Shown: piece after piece, positions 1 through 31,423 of the stretch
Position numbering within the stretch: the stretch's first letter is position 1
Layout: every line of letters starts with the position of its first letter
Assembly: GCF_009914755.1 (NCBI RefSeq)
Contig: NC_060927.1
DNA from: the human T2T-CHM13v2.0 reference genome, Homo sapiens
Length of the DNA: 64,000 nt
Strand: one strand, 5' to 3'
The notes under the pieces: model-generated
Seen by the model: only the letters and a program-made list of their open reading frames with translations
The model's database searches: none
Told to the model about the DNA's origin: nothing
Position numbers and translations under genes: made by a program

Positions 1-990
<990 letters not shown>

Positions 991-999
991 ACAGATGAC

Positions 1000-2220
1000 G
1001 AAATAAAAATATTTTACCCAAAATACATTTCTTTGCTATATTTTGAAATCTGCAAAGCCATCGTTTGTGGTGGAAAATTTGCATCTGTAAAGAATCTCTA
1101 TAAACACAACTGGATCTTTTCCCTTCCAGGCCCTCCCAGTCCTGAAGAGATTACCTGAGAGTCTAGTACCTTTTAAAGGTCTGACTAGGAAACATTTGCC
1201 ACCTTTAAGACTTCATCTACATAATAAGAACCTTGGTCTCCACCATCCCTTCTCTTAACTCAGACCCTCATTTCTTTTCTTTTCTTTTCTTTTTTTTTGA
1301 GACAAGGTCTCCCTTTGTCTACCAGGCTAGAGTGCAGTGGTGCGACCTCTGCTTACTGCAGCCTCTGCCTCCCAGGTTCAAGCGATTCTCTTGCTGCAGC
1401 CTTCTAAGTAGCTGGGATGAAAGGTGTGTGCCACCATGCCTGGCTAATTTTTGTATTTTTTATAGTAAAAGGGTTTTGCCATGTTGACCAGGCTGGTCTC
1501 AAACTCCTGGCCTCAAGTGACCCGCCCACATCGGCCTCCCAAATGCTGGGATTACAGGTGTGAGCCATTGTGGTGGCCCCAGACACTCCTTTCTATTGAT
1601 TCCAGATTTTTAGATGATAACCAATTGCCAATCAGAAAATCTTTAATCTGTGATATGTAAAGCCTCTCCCCTCCCCCACTGTAGTTGACCCACCTTTCTG
1701 GACAGAACAGATGTATACTTCACAGATACTGAGATGATGTTATATGTTTCCCTAAAATACATAAAACTGGCCAGGCATGGTGGCTCACACCTGTAATCCC
1801 AGCACTCTGAAAGGCCAAAGTGGGCAGATCACCTGAGGTCAGGAGTTGGAGACCAGCATGGCCAATATGGTGAAACCCTGTCTCTACAAAAAATACAAAA
1901 ATTAGCCAGGCATGGTGGCACACATGTCTACTGAAAATAGAAAAATTAGCCAGGCGTGGTGTTGCACACCTGTAATCCCAGCTACTTGGAGGCTGAGGTG
2001 GGAGAATTGCTTGAACCTGGGGGAGGCGGAGGTTGCAATGAGCAGAAATCGCACCACTGCTTTCCAGCCTGGGTGACAGAGTGAGACCAAGCTGTAACTC
2101 AACCACCATCGGCACATGTTATCAGGACCTGTTGAAACCGTGCCTTGGGCCATGGTCGTTCATTTTTGGCTCAGAATAAGTCTTTTTAAATATTTTACAG
2201 TTAGATCCATTTCATCGACA
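1000..2220 (+). mobile_element. ERV1 LTR (MER39/MER34/MER4 group), interrupted by Alus at about 1271-1580 (-) and 1769-2088 (+)
   Basis: Typical 3' end ggcacatgttatcaggacc...tggctcagaataagtctttttaaatattttacag...tcgaca. Confidence 0.7.
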
Positions 2221-2709
2221 GTAATGAAAGAGTATATGCTCGTATTTACCCCCAGACACAAGTACTTTACTTATGTCAACTTCGGTGATGGTGACAAGCT
2301 GAAATTAAAGTCAAATGGTTGAATGTCAGAGCCTCCTCCCTTAACTGTGATATTACACAGCCCCTTTTGCATTCTAGTTTCAGAGTGTTACCTTTCTCTA
2401 TATTCATTCTCCCAGAAGAGGTGGTCTTCATTGTTTTTTCAATCCAACCCGTTCCAATTGAATTTTATCTATTCCTGTTTCTTCTGTAACCTTGATTTAC
2501 CTATTACATCCTTTGTAAGGTCCTCCTATAGTCTTTCCTAGCCTTGATCCCCTCCCCTTTTGTTTTTTCCTACATAAACGATAGGACCACAGTAACTGCT
2601 TAGCTCTGTGCCTCTCATGGTAGCCTAGCCTTCTTCTTTCTGTCCTCCTTTGGTTTATTTTTTATCATCCTCTCATTAAGTTTTACTGCCATTTCCTTAC
2701 CAATTGCCT

Positions 2710-5626
<2,917 letters not shown>

Positions 5627-6789
5627 GACAATAGCCCACTGAAATGGAAAGGGTTACTCTTTCACATTTAATGTGTCTAAATTTTATCTCCACTGATATT
5701 CTCCCCAGGTTATACTCTCCAGCTTCCTAACCTCTTATAAGGAATCTTGAATCTTAATGAGGGTAGAACATTTGGCTTTTTGTGCTTGCATAAATCTTTC
5801 ATGTTACATAAATAACATGGAGAATATTTATGTCCCAGATATCTTAAATTTAGTAAGTTTGGTGTCTTACACTTGGTAACTCGGTGCCTCCCCTGAGTGC
5901 TTCAGATCCAAACTGATTCATCCCACTGCCTCACTTGATTCCACTTGATTATGGATGGGTCTTTGCATCTGGGTTATTCTAGCTTCCTCAGAGCTCTTCC
6001 CTTCCCTACTGTTTTATCCACTCATTGTAGATTTGGTTTATCCAGTTTTGTCTGTGAGGAATGCATGTTTTCTGGGCTTGGCGCCAAATTTTTACTTAAC
6101 TTTTGGGTAAAACTGTATCCCAGCTGCTGTTCTAGAGATGAGCTCTCTGAAACCAGTTTTATTTGTTTAGGAACCAGATAGTACATATTATGGTGGAAGA
6201 TGTTATACCCATATTGAAAATAAAAACAATCTTGCTCCAAGTGGAACACCGGTTGTCTGTATGAGAGCCAACGTACTGATAAGTACTGGGCAGTTTCAGC
6301 TACAGGAGCTTCCAAATGGGCTACAGATATGATAAGGCTATGTAGTATTTTTGTAAGAGATACTGTTTTGTATGTTTCACATCTATGTAGGATTTGTTTG
6401 TGATGTGCTGCTGTTGACTGATTGCCATGTTGTATGCTGTGTGAATCCTCACAGCACAGAGCTGTGGATGCCATTATGCCAGTTGTACAGATGAGAAACT
6501 AAGTGATTTGCTCCAGTTAAGTGGTGCTGTTAAACCAGGTATCTGACACCAAAGAGCTCCCACCCCATGATATACCTATGGCCTCTTCAGCAGTGTTGAT
6601 AGTAAAAGCTGAAATATGTGTGGCATCTGGTTTTCAACCTGGGCTTGTGTTTGAGGAGGAGGTCACAATAGCACTCTAGGCCCTGGTTAGGGAAACCTGG
6701 AAAAGAAACCTCATGTGTCTTTTACTCTTTTATTGAGGTTTGAAGAGCAATACTTTACTAGCATAATTTATTTTACCTTCCAAATCATT

Positions 6790-9378
<2,589 letters not shown>

Positions 9379-10610
9379 GAAATTTCTTATCTTTGAAGTC
9401 ATTCCCAGGCAATACCTCTGCCTACCCCATTCCCTGGACATTACCTAACTGTCCAATTCTTTCTTCAAAACTCTCTTTGAGCCTCACTCTTAGTGTTTTT
9501 TTGCCTTTCCTGACCTGTCGTGTGTATCTTTGTGTCTCCAGTAGAGAGTAGTTTTTTAATAAGTCTTTGTTGAGCTGAACAGAATTTTTGGAGATGTGAC
9601 TCTCTAGAATTAGACATTCCAGAGACCACCAAAGCTTCCACATTGGTAAGCTGTTTTGTAAATTTAAAAAACCTGAGTAGGTAAGGGTCAGTTTCTGACC
9701 TGAAGGATGTAAACGTATTAACAAGAGCATGTTTAGATTTTGGCACCTGGCTGTATTAGAACTATCTTTGTAGAACCATCTTCTTCCTCCTTTTTAAACT
9801 TCTATTACTATTTAATATTCATTTTTGGACTAGTACCCTAGGAGACTGTTCCTTATTTTAATGGCTTTCATTTCATGTGGTGCTTTCCAAGTATTGGTTC
9901 TCATCCATCCCATCTACTTTTTCTCTGAAGCTTCATAGAACAGCCTGATCCAAGCCCTGAGAGCCTCTTTATGTCAGGGTGCATAGAATGTGCATTTTAG
10001 TAGAAGGACCTCCTGGTTTTTGCCACGGTTCCCTCCCCGGTGTGTTCATCAAAGATCATCAGGGTCAGTAGTTAGAAAGTAATAATACCGTAGCATTTGC
10101 TTTATCATTTTGCTGAGAAGGGTTTATTTTTTATTTATTTTTTTCTGTGTTTAAGCATTTGGTAATATATTTAGTGAGTTTTAACTAATTGTTAAGCCTG
10201 CAGATAATGAAAGTGTTGACTCTCACTGACACTGGAAAAGGCCCAGGTGTGGGAGGATTAGTTATTAGGTGGTAGACTATCAGCTTGTTCTCCACAGATC
10301 AAGATGATCCCTTTTCTTTCACTGAGGTTTCTCTTAAATAATTCCTTAAATGTCCTGTGGTTATTTGTAAATCTTTTTTAAAACATGCCACTTCCTGTCA
10401 AGTTTAGAAGGCAGCCCAGAGGGGGACAACTTTTGGAAAGCAAAATTAAATAATTGATTTAGGTATCAATGGGCTTTTCAGGGTTTTGAGTCTGCTGGCT
10501 ATAGTATTTTAATCCTGATGTTAATGGCTTGTATAGATACAAACCCTTCTCAAGGGTTTGAGGCTGCTCCCAGTGCCTGGTAAAGCCTTAGGAAATCTCA
10601 GGCCAGGCTT

Positions 10611-10879
10611 CTTTTCTATTCTTCTCTTAAATTGCGATGAAGCAGTATGTCTCTGCCTTACACAGGAAAACAGGGAGTGCTTCACTTTGGGCCACAGAAT
10701 ACATTAGATTTGGAGTCCTCCATTAGATGTAACTGAAGATAGGAGGTTTCTTTTCTATTCTTCTCTTAAATTGCAGTGAAGCAATATGTCTCTGCCTTAT
10801 GCAGGAAAACAGGGAATGCTTCACTCTGGGCCACAGAATACATTAAATTTGGAGTCCTGTAACTGAAGATAGGAGGTTT
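10611..10879. repeat. Tandem duplication, 139 + 130 bp
   Basis: cttttctattcttctcttaaattgc...aactgaagataggaggttt occurs at 10611-10749 and 10750-10879. Confidence 0.95.
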
Positions 10880-11006
10880 GTTATCTACATGTAAACATAG
10901 AGTCAGGTGTTAGGAATGGAGAGACTGGATAGGAGGAGGTATAAGGGGAGCTCTTGGGGTCTGCCCTTTCCTTTAGCCTTCTAAATAAGGCAAATCAGTA
11001 TTACTA

Positions 11007-13062
<2,056 letters not shown>

Positions 13063-14255
13063 TTTCTGCATTTTTAGAGATAGTTATGTCTGTTGACCCT
13101 GTTGGCTCTTTCTTCTGTTTGATTAGTTCCTCGTGCGTTTGTACATTCAGTTTGTGAGTAAGGCTTTATCTGTGGGAATCTCACATGGCCTGGGTTGAGA
13201 TATGTGCCTGAGCTATTTTGCGTTTGCTTCTAGGCACCTAAGATGTATCATTTGCCTAGGACCACTTTAGTTTTGGTTAATTTCTTGGACAGTGTAGGTA
13301 AGTATATATTTAAACCTCAAACTGATTTGAGGGCTGACTGATGATTACAGGCTCCCATTTTGTCTCCATCCTCCAACCTAGGTTGATGCAGCTTTTATGT
13401 TGTCTTCTGTATTGGCTGGCAGATTTTTTTGTAGTTTACTCTTTCATGAGATTGTAACTCCTTAAGGTCCTGGCTTTAGGTAGAGGTCATAGTTACTCCT
13501 TTTTAGCTTTTTTGAGCCCAAGGCATTATCTCTTATCTTTTTATTTGTTCCCCAAGATTGGCAACCTCTTCTGCCAGAACTGCTGCAGTGTCAAATCTCA
13601 AGAGTATTAGTCTTGTGTTTTCAGTTTGTTTTTCATTCTTGGTCCTTGGGGGTTTATATTAACTTTTTATAAGCATAGCTGTGAATCATTTAAAAAGGAC
13701 AGTTATTATAATTTTATCCACATTTCTACATGTTTCGCAGTGGGATAAGTTGCAGGGTCTCTTAACTGCCAAGGTACCAAGTAGGAAGTTCTTGTCCAAC
13801 TCGTTAGATGTACCTTTTTCATTGTGTTATCTTGTTGGTTTCTACCAGTTATTCAAGTACTTCCTCTCAGTACTTTTTTTTGTTAACTTTTGCAATTTTT
13901 TTGTTTTTGCAGATAATAATTTTACAGGCTTTTGCTGCAAAAATGGAATCAGTAGGGAAGCTATAAAATGACATACTTAATCTTGGTTTGTGTTAATTCT
14001 GAAATTTGAAATGGGTGTATTTCATAGTTATTGATCAAGATAGCAGCAGCACTAAAGGTGTTTGTAAAACGACAGGGGTCCTTTTCATCCTTTTATGTGA
14101 GTGGTGCTTTTCTGAATCTATCCAAGCTCAAAATATGTAATTATTCTTTTAATTTTAATATTTTATTTACTGTAAAGAGTAAACTCCAGTTGCTACAGTA
14201 TTAATATGTAGTCAAATCTAAGTAGAGGCCTTTTCAGTACGTCATATCCAAGCTA

Positions 14256-14408
<153 letters not shown>

Positions 14409-15320
14409 TTAAAAATGGGGACATTTGGATGTGAAGGTGAAGTTATGCTGACACGTAACTCCTGTCAGAATTGTTATGGTAGCTCATGTTTTTTATCTTT
14501 AGTTAGTGGGAGAGATCATGAGATTCTAGAAATGGAAGTGGCTGCGGTGTGGGGCATTTGGTAGTTTATTACTTAGTATGGCTGAGTGGCAGCCTCCAGC
14601 CCTGGTTTATAATGTTCTGCAGCTGTCACCGTTGACTTAGCTGGGCCTTTTATTCAGCTTCACTGTTATGTAACAGTGAGTTGCACTCCTCATTCTTGTA
14701 TGCTGTGGTGAGCAGGAGGGAGGATTAGCTCCTCATCCTGTCCTTTTTCTGTCATTCACTCCTCTTCCCTTTTTTGGACTGACATTTTTATTTTGGCTGC
14801 AGTGCTGGGGAAATGTCCACTTGAGACTAGGTCACAAGAATGTTTAATAACTACTTGTTGATTGAATAACCAGAAGATTGTAACTTCATTAACCCTCCTA
14901 CTCAAATGCAGGCCTGGAGTCTTTGTCCTTGAGATTTGGCAGTTTTTTCTAGGTGTTCCACTTTTCTTCTTCACTCTCAGTCAACTAGATAGTCTGAGAC
15001 AATGAATGTTGCCAACTGTTATAGGTTGACACAGTGAGCACTGGTGAGGCAGGGATTTGGGGTTTAATTCCAGGCTGCAGCCCCATGGTTAGAAACTATG
15101 CAGACCTACATGGTACTCTTAACTGCTCTAGGATGAATGAGTATCCTTGAGCAGTAGGGTACCAGGTTGGAGAGTGTAGAAGTGTTCAGGGCAGGATGTG
15201 TAATTAGGGAAGAAAATGCATTGTAAATTTCCTGGTGGGGAATGTAGTGCTATCTTTCATTTTTGTATTAGGGATATAATTTTATATTATCATATGTTTT
15301 AATTTGGTGTTTATTCAAAT

Positions 15321-15776
15321 TGTCAACCTTAAATAATGCATTTCAGAGGATATGATTAAGTATGGAGTTTATTTGAGTGCAAAGCTTGAGGATGGCCATC
15401 TGGAAACACTGAGTCCAAACAAATGGGGTCAGCATTCCAAAGTGGAGGAGTTAAGGTTTCACTTATGTAGGTAGAGACAGAGAAGTTCCAGCAGGATTAT
15501 AACATTTTCCACAGAAGACCAATGCATATCTGCAACAATTTGATTGGTTACAGATTGCTACATTTCAAGCAAGATTACTTTATTACTTAATAAGTAGGGG
15601 CAGGGATCTGAGAGGTCTTATCTCTAGTGCCACTGGTCTTCCTAATTATTTATAGAAAAAAATACAGAAGTTATAGCTGCATGCCAAGTCACTCAGGCAG
15701 CATAACCACATTCCTCTCAAGGCTCAGAATAATTTAAAATTCTAACAGCTTTAAGTTTGAATTATTTATTTTCACA
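15321..15776. mobile_element. Solo ERV1-type LTR (MER4-group-like)
   Basis: TG...CA termini with 4-bp TSD aaat (15317-15320 and 15777-15780); gagtttatttgagtgcaaagcttgaggat and tgattggttaca motifs typical of this LTR group. Confidence 0.7.
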
Positions 15777-15797
15777 AAATGATGCATACTTCTTTGA

Positions 15798-20165
<4,368 letters not shown>

Positions 20166-20502
20166 CAAATCTATACTTTGAAATGAGGTATTTTGGGATT
20201 TGTTAAGTGTTTAAATCTTTGGAGAACTAGGGAAAGAAATTTTTATTTTCTTCCTTGTAATTGTCTTTTAGAAAGTTATTTATTTATTTATTTTTAAAAA
20301 TTATACTTTAAGTTCTAGGGTATATGTGCACAACGTGTAGGTTTGTTACATATGTATACATGTGCCATGTTGGTGTGCTGCACCCATTAACTCGTCATTT
20401 ACATTAGGTGTGTCTCTTAATGCTATCCCTCCCCCCACCCCCACCCCACAATAGGCCCCGGTGTTTGATGTTCCCCACCCTGTGTCCAAGTGTTCTCATT
20501 GT

Positions 20503-24180
<3,678 letters not shown>

Positions 24181-24324
24181 CTGCTTTGGCTCACACTCCG
24201 TGGGCTCCACCCAGTGTCCGACAAGCCCCAGTGAGATGAACCTGGTACCTCAGTTGGAAATTCAGAAATCACCCATCTTCTGTGTCGCTTACGCTGGGAG
24301 CTGTAGACTGGAGCTATTCCTATT

Positions 24325-24335
24325 TGGCCATCTTG
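24325..24335 (-). promoter_or_regulatory. YY1 site of the L1 internal sense promoter (CAAGATGGCC)
   Basis: Motif sits at the canonical +13 region of the retained L1 5' UTR. Confidence 0.7.
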
Positions 24336-24979
24336 GAACCTCCCCCCAGTTACTTATTTATTTTTACCTCTAAATACTTTATTATTTCATTCATAGACAC
24401 ATCATTATGTATTGCCTAAGGATGTTCTGTTACATAACCACAGACCAATTCTCAAAATCAGGAAATTTAATATTGATACAATACTATTATCTAATTTATA
24501 TTCTGTACTCAATGGCATCAGTTGTCCCCAAATATTATTTCCCCTAGGCCCTTGTAGCTATTTTTTCCCCCACACTCCCCCCCTGCCCCACCCCCTGGTC
24601 CAGGATCTAACCCAGGATCCCTCATTACAGTTAGTCTGTTATAATCTGAAACAGTTTTTGGAGGATTATTTTACATACATGTTGAGGTATACACAGGTAG
24701 TCCCAGGATCCTTGTCTTCTAATTCTCATTCTGATCCTGACTTCCTCACGACATTCTAGGGAACAATGCTGCTTCCTTGAGAGGAAAAGGATTGTGTTTG
24801 AATATAACTCATTTGTGTAATTCAATTCCTATGCATTTTTGTAGCAACTAATAGATTTGGTAGCCTAAGGGGGTATGTTGGCCAAGGGAGAGGAGATAGA
24901 CTGCTGATGGTTAGACTGCTGATGGAATGTATTTTGAACTGCTCAGATCACTACTGATCTTCATTGGTTCTGCTAATTT

Positions 24980-25885
24980 TGAAGCAGGATATTTCCTTGA
25001 CCCCCTCATGGGTGGGAACTGGAGTACATGGGGACTAGCAGGAGTGAACTCCGCTCACTCGCTACTCTACTCATCGTGGGAGGGGGAGCACTGGTGAGTG
25101 GGTGCAGGAGCTGGGGCTAGTGCTTTTGGGCGCTGGGAAGAGCAAACTCTTTACTGGCCTCGTGGCAGCATCTAGGGGAGGGTGCCTGTGACCCCTGAAG
25201 CCCTAGAGGAAGTGTTGCAGTACTCTTTTAGCTTTGTAATCTGTGGATGGCTTAAGTGTTAACAGCTCAGTGGAGGGTCCGTGTGACAGCCTCTTGCACC
25301 CACCCTCATGGCACCTGAGTTCTTGTTCGGTATCCAGGAAGAATGAGGTCACACGAACGAATTGAAGGTGGTAAATGTGGGGGATTTTATTGCTGATGAA
25401 AGTGGCTCTCAGCCAGAAGGGGAGCTGAAAAGGGGACAGAGCGGGACCGTAATCTTCCCCTGTAGGCCTTCCCTGGCCGGACTCCTCTCCGAAGCTACAC
25501 CATCAAGCTGTCCCTCTGAAGTCAAGCCGCTTTTCTGTGACATCCAACCGTAGTCTCTGATGCACACCTGCTTCTCCTCTCTCTGCAGGCTGAGCCTGGG
25601 CTTTTTTTTTTTTTTTTTTTGAGACAGAGTCTCACGGTGTCGCCCAGACTGCAGTGCAGCGGTGCAGTCTTGGCTCACTGCAAGCTCCACCTCAAGCCTG
25701 GGATTTTTATGGGTGCAGGATGGGGGGCAGGGCGGGCCATGGGTGGTTTTGGAAAAGGAAAACATTTGAGTGGGAAAACAGATGTAAGTTCTCACTTTGG
25801 GCCATGGTTCCAGGCTTGAGGGTGGGGCCCTTGCCAGGGACCTGCCCTCTTCTGCCCAGAATTTCCCTGCCTCCTGTTCCTATCC
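24980..25885 (-). mobile_element. ERV1 LTR (MER52-like) containing a truncated Alu at 25602-25694
   Basis: - strand begins GATAGGAACAGGAGGCAGGGAAATTCTGGGCAGAAGAGGGC and ends GGAAATATCCTGCTTCA. Confidence 0.72.
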
Positions 25886-25986
25886 TAATTCTCATTATCA
25901 GTTTTATTATTACTTAAAATATGGAAAACAGTTTTCTCCTAATTCTCATTATCAGTTTTATTATTACTTAAAATATGGAAAACAGT
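25883..25986. repeat. Perfect 50-bp tandem duplication (period 54)
   Basis: tcctaattctcattatcagttttattattacttaaaatatggaaaacagt at 25883-25932 and 25937-25986. Confidence 0.95.
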
Positions 25987-26369
25987 ATCTGAAACAAATT
26001 TGGTTCATGTGAGATTCCTGTCTTCCTTTGTGAATTGAGGGGGTGAAACTCACTACGTATTTCCATTTACAAACCCCGGTACCATTTAATTACTAAGTCA
26101 ACTAGAAATGTGACATTTAGTAGTTTAAAGGTACAGTTTAGGGGCATGTGTTCTCAGGACCTCTGAGGCTATATCACAGGCAAACAAAAAAGTTAAATAA
26201 GTAGTATATAGATAAGAAAAGGTACAGTTTACCGGTTGTGTTGAAATAATTCCACAGTTTATTTTTACACATGGGAAGTCAAGAAATCCATCTTCAAACT
26301 TTCTGTTGCATTTTGCAGATAGAAACTTTTTACCCTTATTTGCCACTTAAATCCATGTGACACTATATT

Positions 26370-27172
26370 TCCAACACCAACAATCACTTCTCCAAACAGC
26401 ACCATGGTGTTTCCAACACTAACAATCAATTTTCCGATTCTCTGGACACCAACTAGATGTTCAACAGTATTCAATTCTGACACTGCCGGGAGTTGGAGCA
26501 GATACCACAGGCTAAGGGCTCGGTATTGCAACAACACCCCCACTTTAGACACTAGTCTCAAGTCTTGGCCCACCAGTAACTTCTGACTGACCAGCTATGA
26601 ATAGGGCATTCCCAAGACCCCTCCTCAGGTTTAATAATTTGCCTGAATGGCCCATAGAACTCAGGAACACATTTTGCTTAGGTTTACCTGTTTCTCATAA
26701 AGGATACAACTCAGGAACGGTGAAGTGGAAGAGATGCCAAGGACAAGGTATGGAGGGAGTGGAGCACAGAGCTTCTGTGCCCTATCCTGGAGTGTCACCC
26801 TCCCAGCACTTTGATGTGTTCTCCAACCTGGAAGTGCTCTAAATCTCATTGTTCAATAATTTTTATAGAGCTCAATTTCCAGCCCCCACAACCCTACTTC
26901 TTAGAGTTCAGTGAGTGGGGCTGAAAGTTCCACCCTGTAGTCCCTGGTCATTCTAGGGACGGGGTCTTTCTAGGTCTTTCCAGTCCCATCCTGGGGCTAT
27001 CTAGGGGCCCCACCCTAAGTTTATTAGCATAAACTCTGGTGTGATCAAAAGGGGCTGATTATAAATAACAAAAGACACTCCCATCACGTAGGAAATTCCA
27101 AGGATTTTAGGAGTTCTGTGCTGGGAACCTGGGACAGAGACCAAATATATTTTGTCTTATACACAAAGCACC
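26370..27172 (-). mobile_element. MER21-type LTR
   Basis: ccaacaccaacaatc...attcaattctgacact...cccatagaactcaggaa...ggaaattccaaggattttaggagttctgtgctgggaacctgggacagagaccaaatatattt. Confidence 0.7.
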
Positions 27173-27502
27173 ACAAAGGGCCTGCAGCTGACTAACATTA
27201 CCATTGATTTTAGAACTGTGAGAAGCAGAGCCAAAAGAGTTTACTCCTGTCTTGAAGCTAAGTGCATAGAGTGCCCAAGTCACTGGCAAAGTCACAGTGG
27301 AAAAGCGTTAATAACCATCCAAATGCAATAATATTAGTACGTTATATTATTTTCTGTAGAATATTTTGAAAATACAAAAGTATATATCACAACGTAGTAG
27401 TCATCCATTAACACTTTTATTTGTACTAGATACCAATTAAGGAAAAACTATAGAAACAACCTATATACCATGTAGGTGTAGCTATTTTAAAAGAATTGGT
27501 AA

Positions 27503-27880
<378 letters not shown>

Positions 27881-29206
27881 TAAAAGCTTTGATTTGTTGA
27901 AATGCTACTTCCACAGAGCTTTTCAGGATCATGTCTGGTGAGTAGTTTGACTAGATAGAATCTTTGTCACACAGTTCATACTGAATGTTCATGCGGCTAT
28001 GAAGGGCAAAACATCTCCTCTGTGCGCAGCTTGTATCGGTCTGGGCTCGAAAGCACCCAGACTGAGCTCTGTGGCTCTGTGATAGAGCTCTCAGGAGAGG
28101 GAGGATCCTCAGAGGGCTTGTACTTTGAGAAGAGACTGGCAAGGGAGAATGGAGGCAGTGGTGATTGGGGAATTGGAAGGATGAGACACTGAGCATGGCT
28201 TGGCTTTTTTCCAAGCCTCTTCAGTCTCATTGTCTAGCAGATAAACCTGATCTGCTTTTAAGCTGTTCTGAACTCAGGGCTGACTTAGGCTTAGGGAAGT
28301 CTGAGGAAAGTGGACCCTCCATGTCCCTGCCATGTGGGTTCTTGTTTCTGTAGTCTCCCTTCTCTTTTCTTTTTTTTTTTTTTGAGTCAGGGTTACTCTG
28401 TCACCCAGGCTGAAGTGCAGTGGTATGATCATGACCCACTGGAACCTTGAACACCTGAGCTCAAGTGATCCTCTGGCCTCAGACTATAGGTGGGCACTAG
28501 CATGCTGGCTAATTTTTAAATTTTTTTGTAGAGATGAGGTCTCACTATGTTGCCCAGGCTGGTCTCAAACTCCTGGGCTCAAGCAATCCTCCCACCTTGG
28601 CTTCTCAAAAGTCCTGAGATAATAGACATGAGCCACTGTGCCTGGCCAGTAATCACCAGCTTAAGAAGTTATAGCTGTGTGGAAAGACACAGGACTCATA
28701 GGTCAAATGGTAACATCCTACATACACAGAAGGAAACACACACACAAACAAAGCCTTTGTTCACAAGCAAAGAATTTCTTTCTCATTCTTGCCTCATCCC
28801 CTGTATCCAGAGATCTTATTTTTTTCCTCTTCTTATCACCTTCATTTTACACTGGTCTGATGTTTTTTGTTTTGTTTGTGTGTGTGTGAGTGAATTTTTC
28901 AGAGCTCAGCTTTCTAGAGGGTGGAGCAGTGTCTGTCACACGGGCTTCTCATAGCTCAAACTGTCATCCCTGCTTTAGCTCATCTCTTCCTAATTGTTCT
29001 CTACCCTCCACCCCCCACAACTCTGCCTTTTTTTTTTTTTTCCTGCTGGCCATGATTCCATGGAGAAGGAAACGAACCTTTCATTTGCTCCCCTCAGAAT
29101 GGCCTTCTAGAACTTTGCCTCTGTTTACTCAAGGCGTCTGGGAATAATCCTGTAGGGGTGTGCTATTCAATGACTTCCTACTTGAAGGGTCTAAGCCAGG
29201 GAAGTC

Positions 29207-29504
<298 letters not shown>

Positions 29505-29509
29505 AAGAA

Positions 29510-30440
<931 letters not shown>

Positions 30441-31138
30441 GTTTTAGAATCTGGAAGAGATCTTGAAGATTAACTCAGGCCCATTTCTCCCCTGGGTTGG
30501 AATAAGAGGAGTGATTGAAGCTGAGGGAGGACTGACTTGCCCAAAGTCATGTAGCTAGTTATTCATAGAGCTGTGGCTGGAATTAGGTTTCTTGACTGAT
30601 TCTGTAAACATGTCTTTAGTGCTATGCTAGGTTCTGATTCCCTGGGCCAGGCTACATTGTGCTATCTTTTGGAGGTAGTTGTCTCCTGTGGAGAGAGTTG
30701 TCTTCTGTGGCCCTGGTCCTTCGAGTCTTGAATGCATTTGTTCACCTTTTGTTTCTTATTTTCTCTTAAGTTTCAAATTGCCAAAATCATCATTATATTT
30801 CCAAGTAAAATGTTGAGCTGTTGTGTCAGTTTAGCTCTGTGGCTGCTTTGTGTGTATCTAAATTTTCTTTATGTAACTGATAGACACTCAAAAGGCATTG
30901 GGCTACATGGAGGTTTGAAGTATGCATTGGGTGTGATTGGAGTAGTGTCTGTTTTGCATAGGAAGGTATTTGGAAAGAACTTTAACAGTCCATAGTGGAT
31001 CTCTCAGCAGACTGGAAGAATTCTGTGGGTACTTGGTGAGTACTATACTCCGTATAGTACTCTACAGTACTATATATATATATATATATGCTATATATAC
31101 TATAATATATATACTCTATAGTACTTACTATAGAGTAA

Positions 31139-31423
<285 letters not shown>

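Noticed and set aside
6022-6474. 150-aa - strand ORF in non-repeat sequence
   Set aside because: No recognisable domain, splice context or codon bias; compatible with chance.
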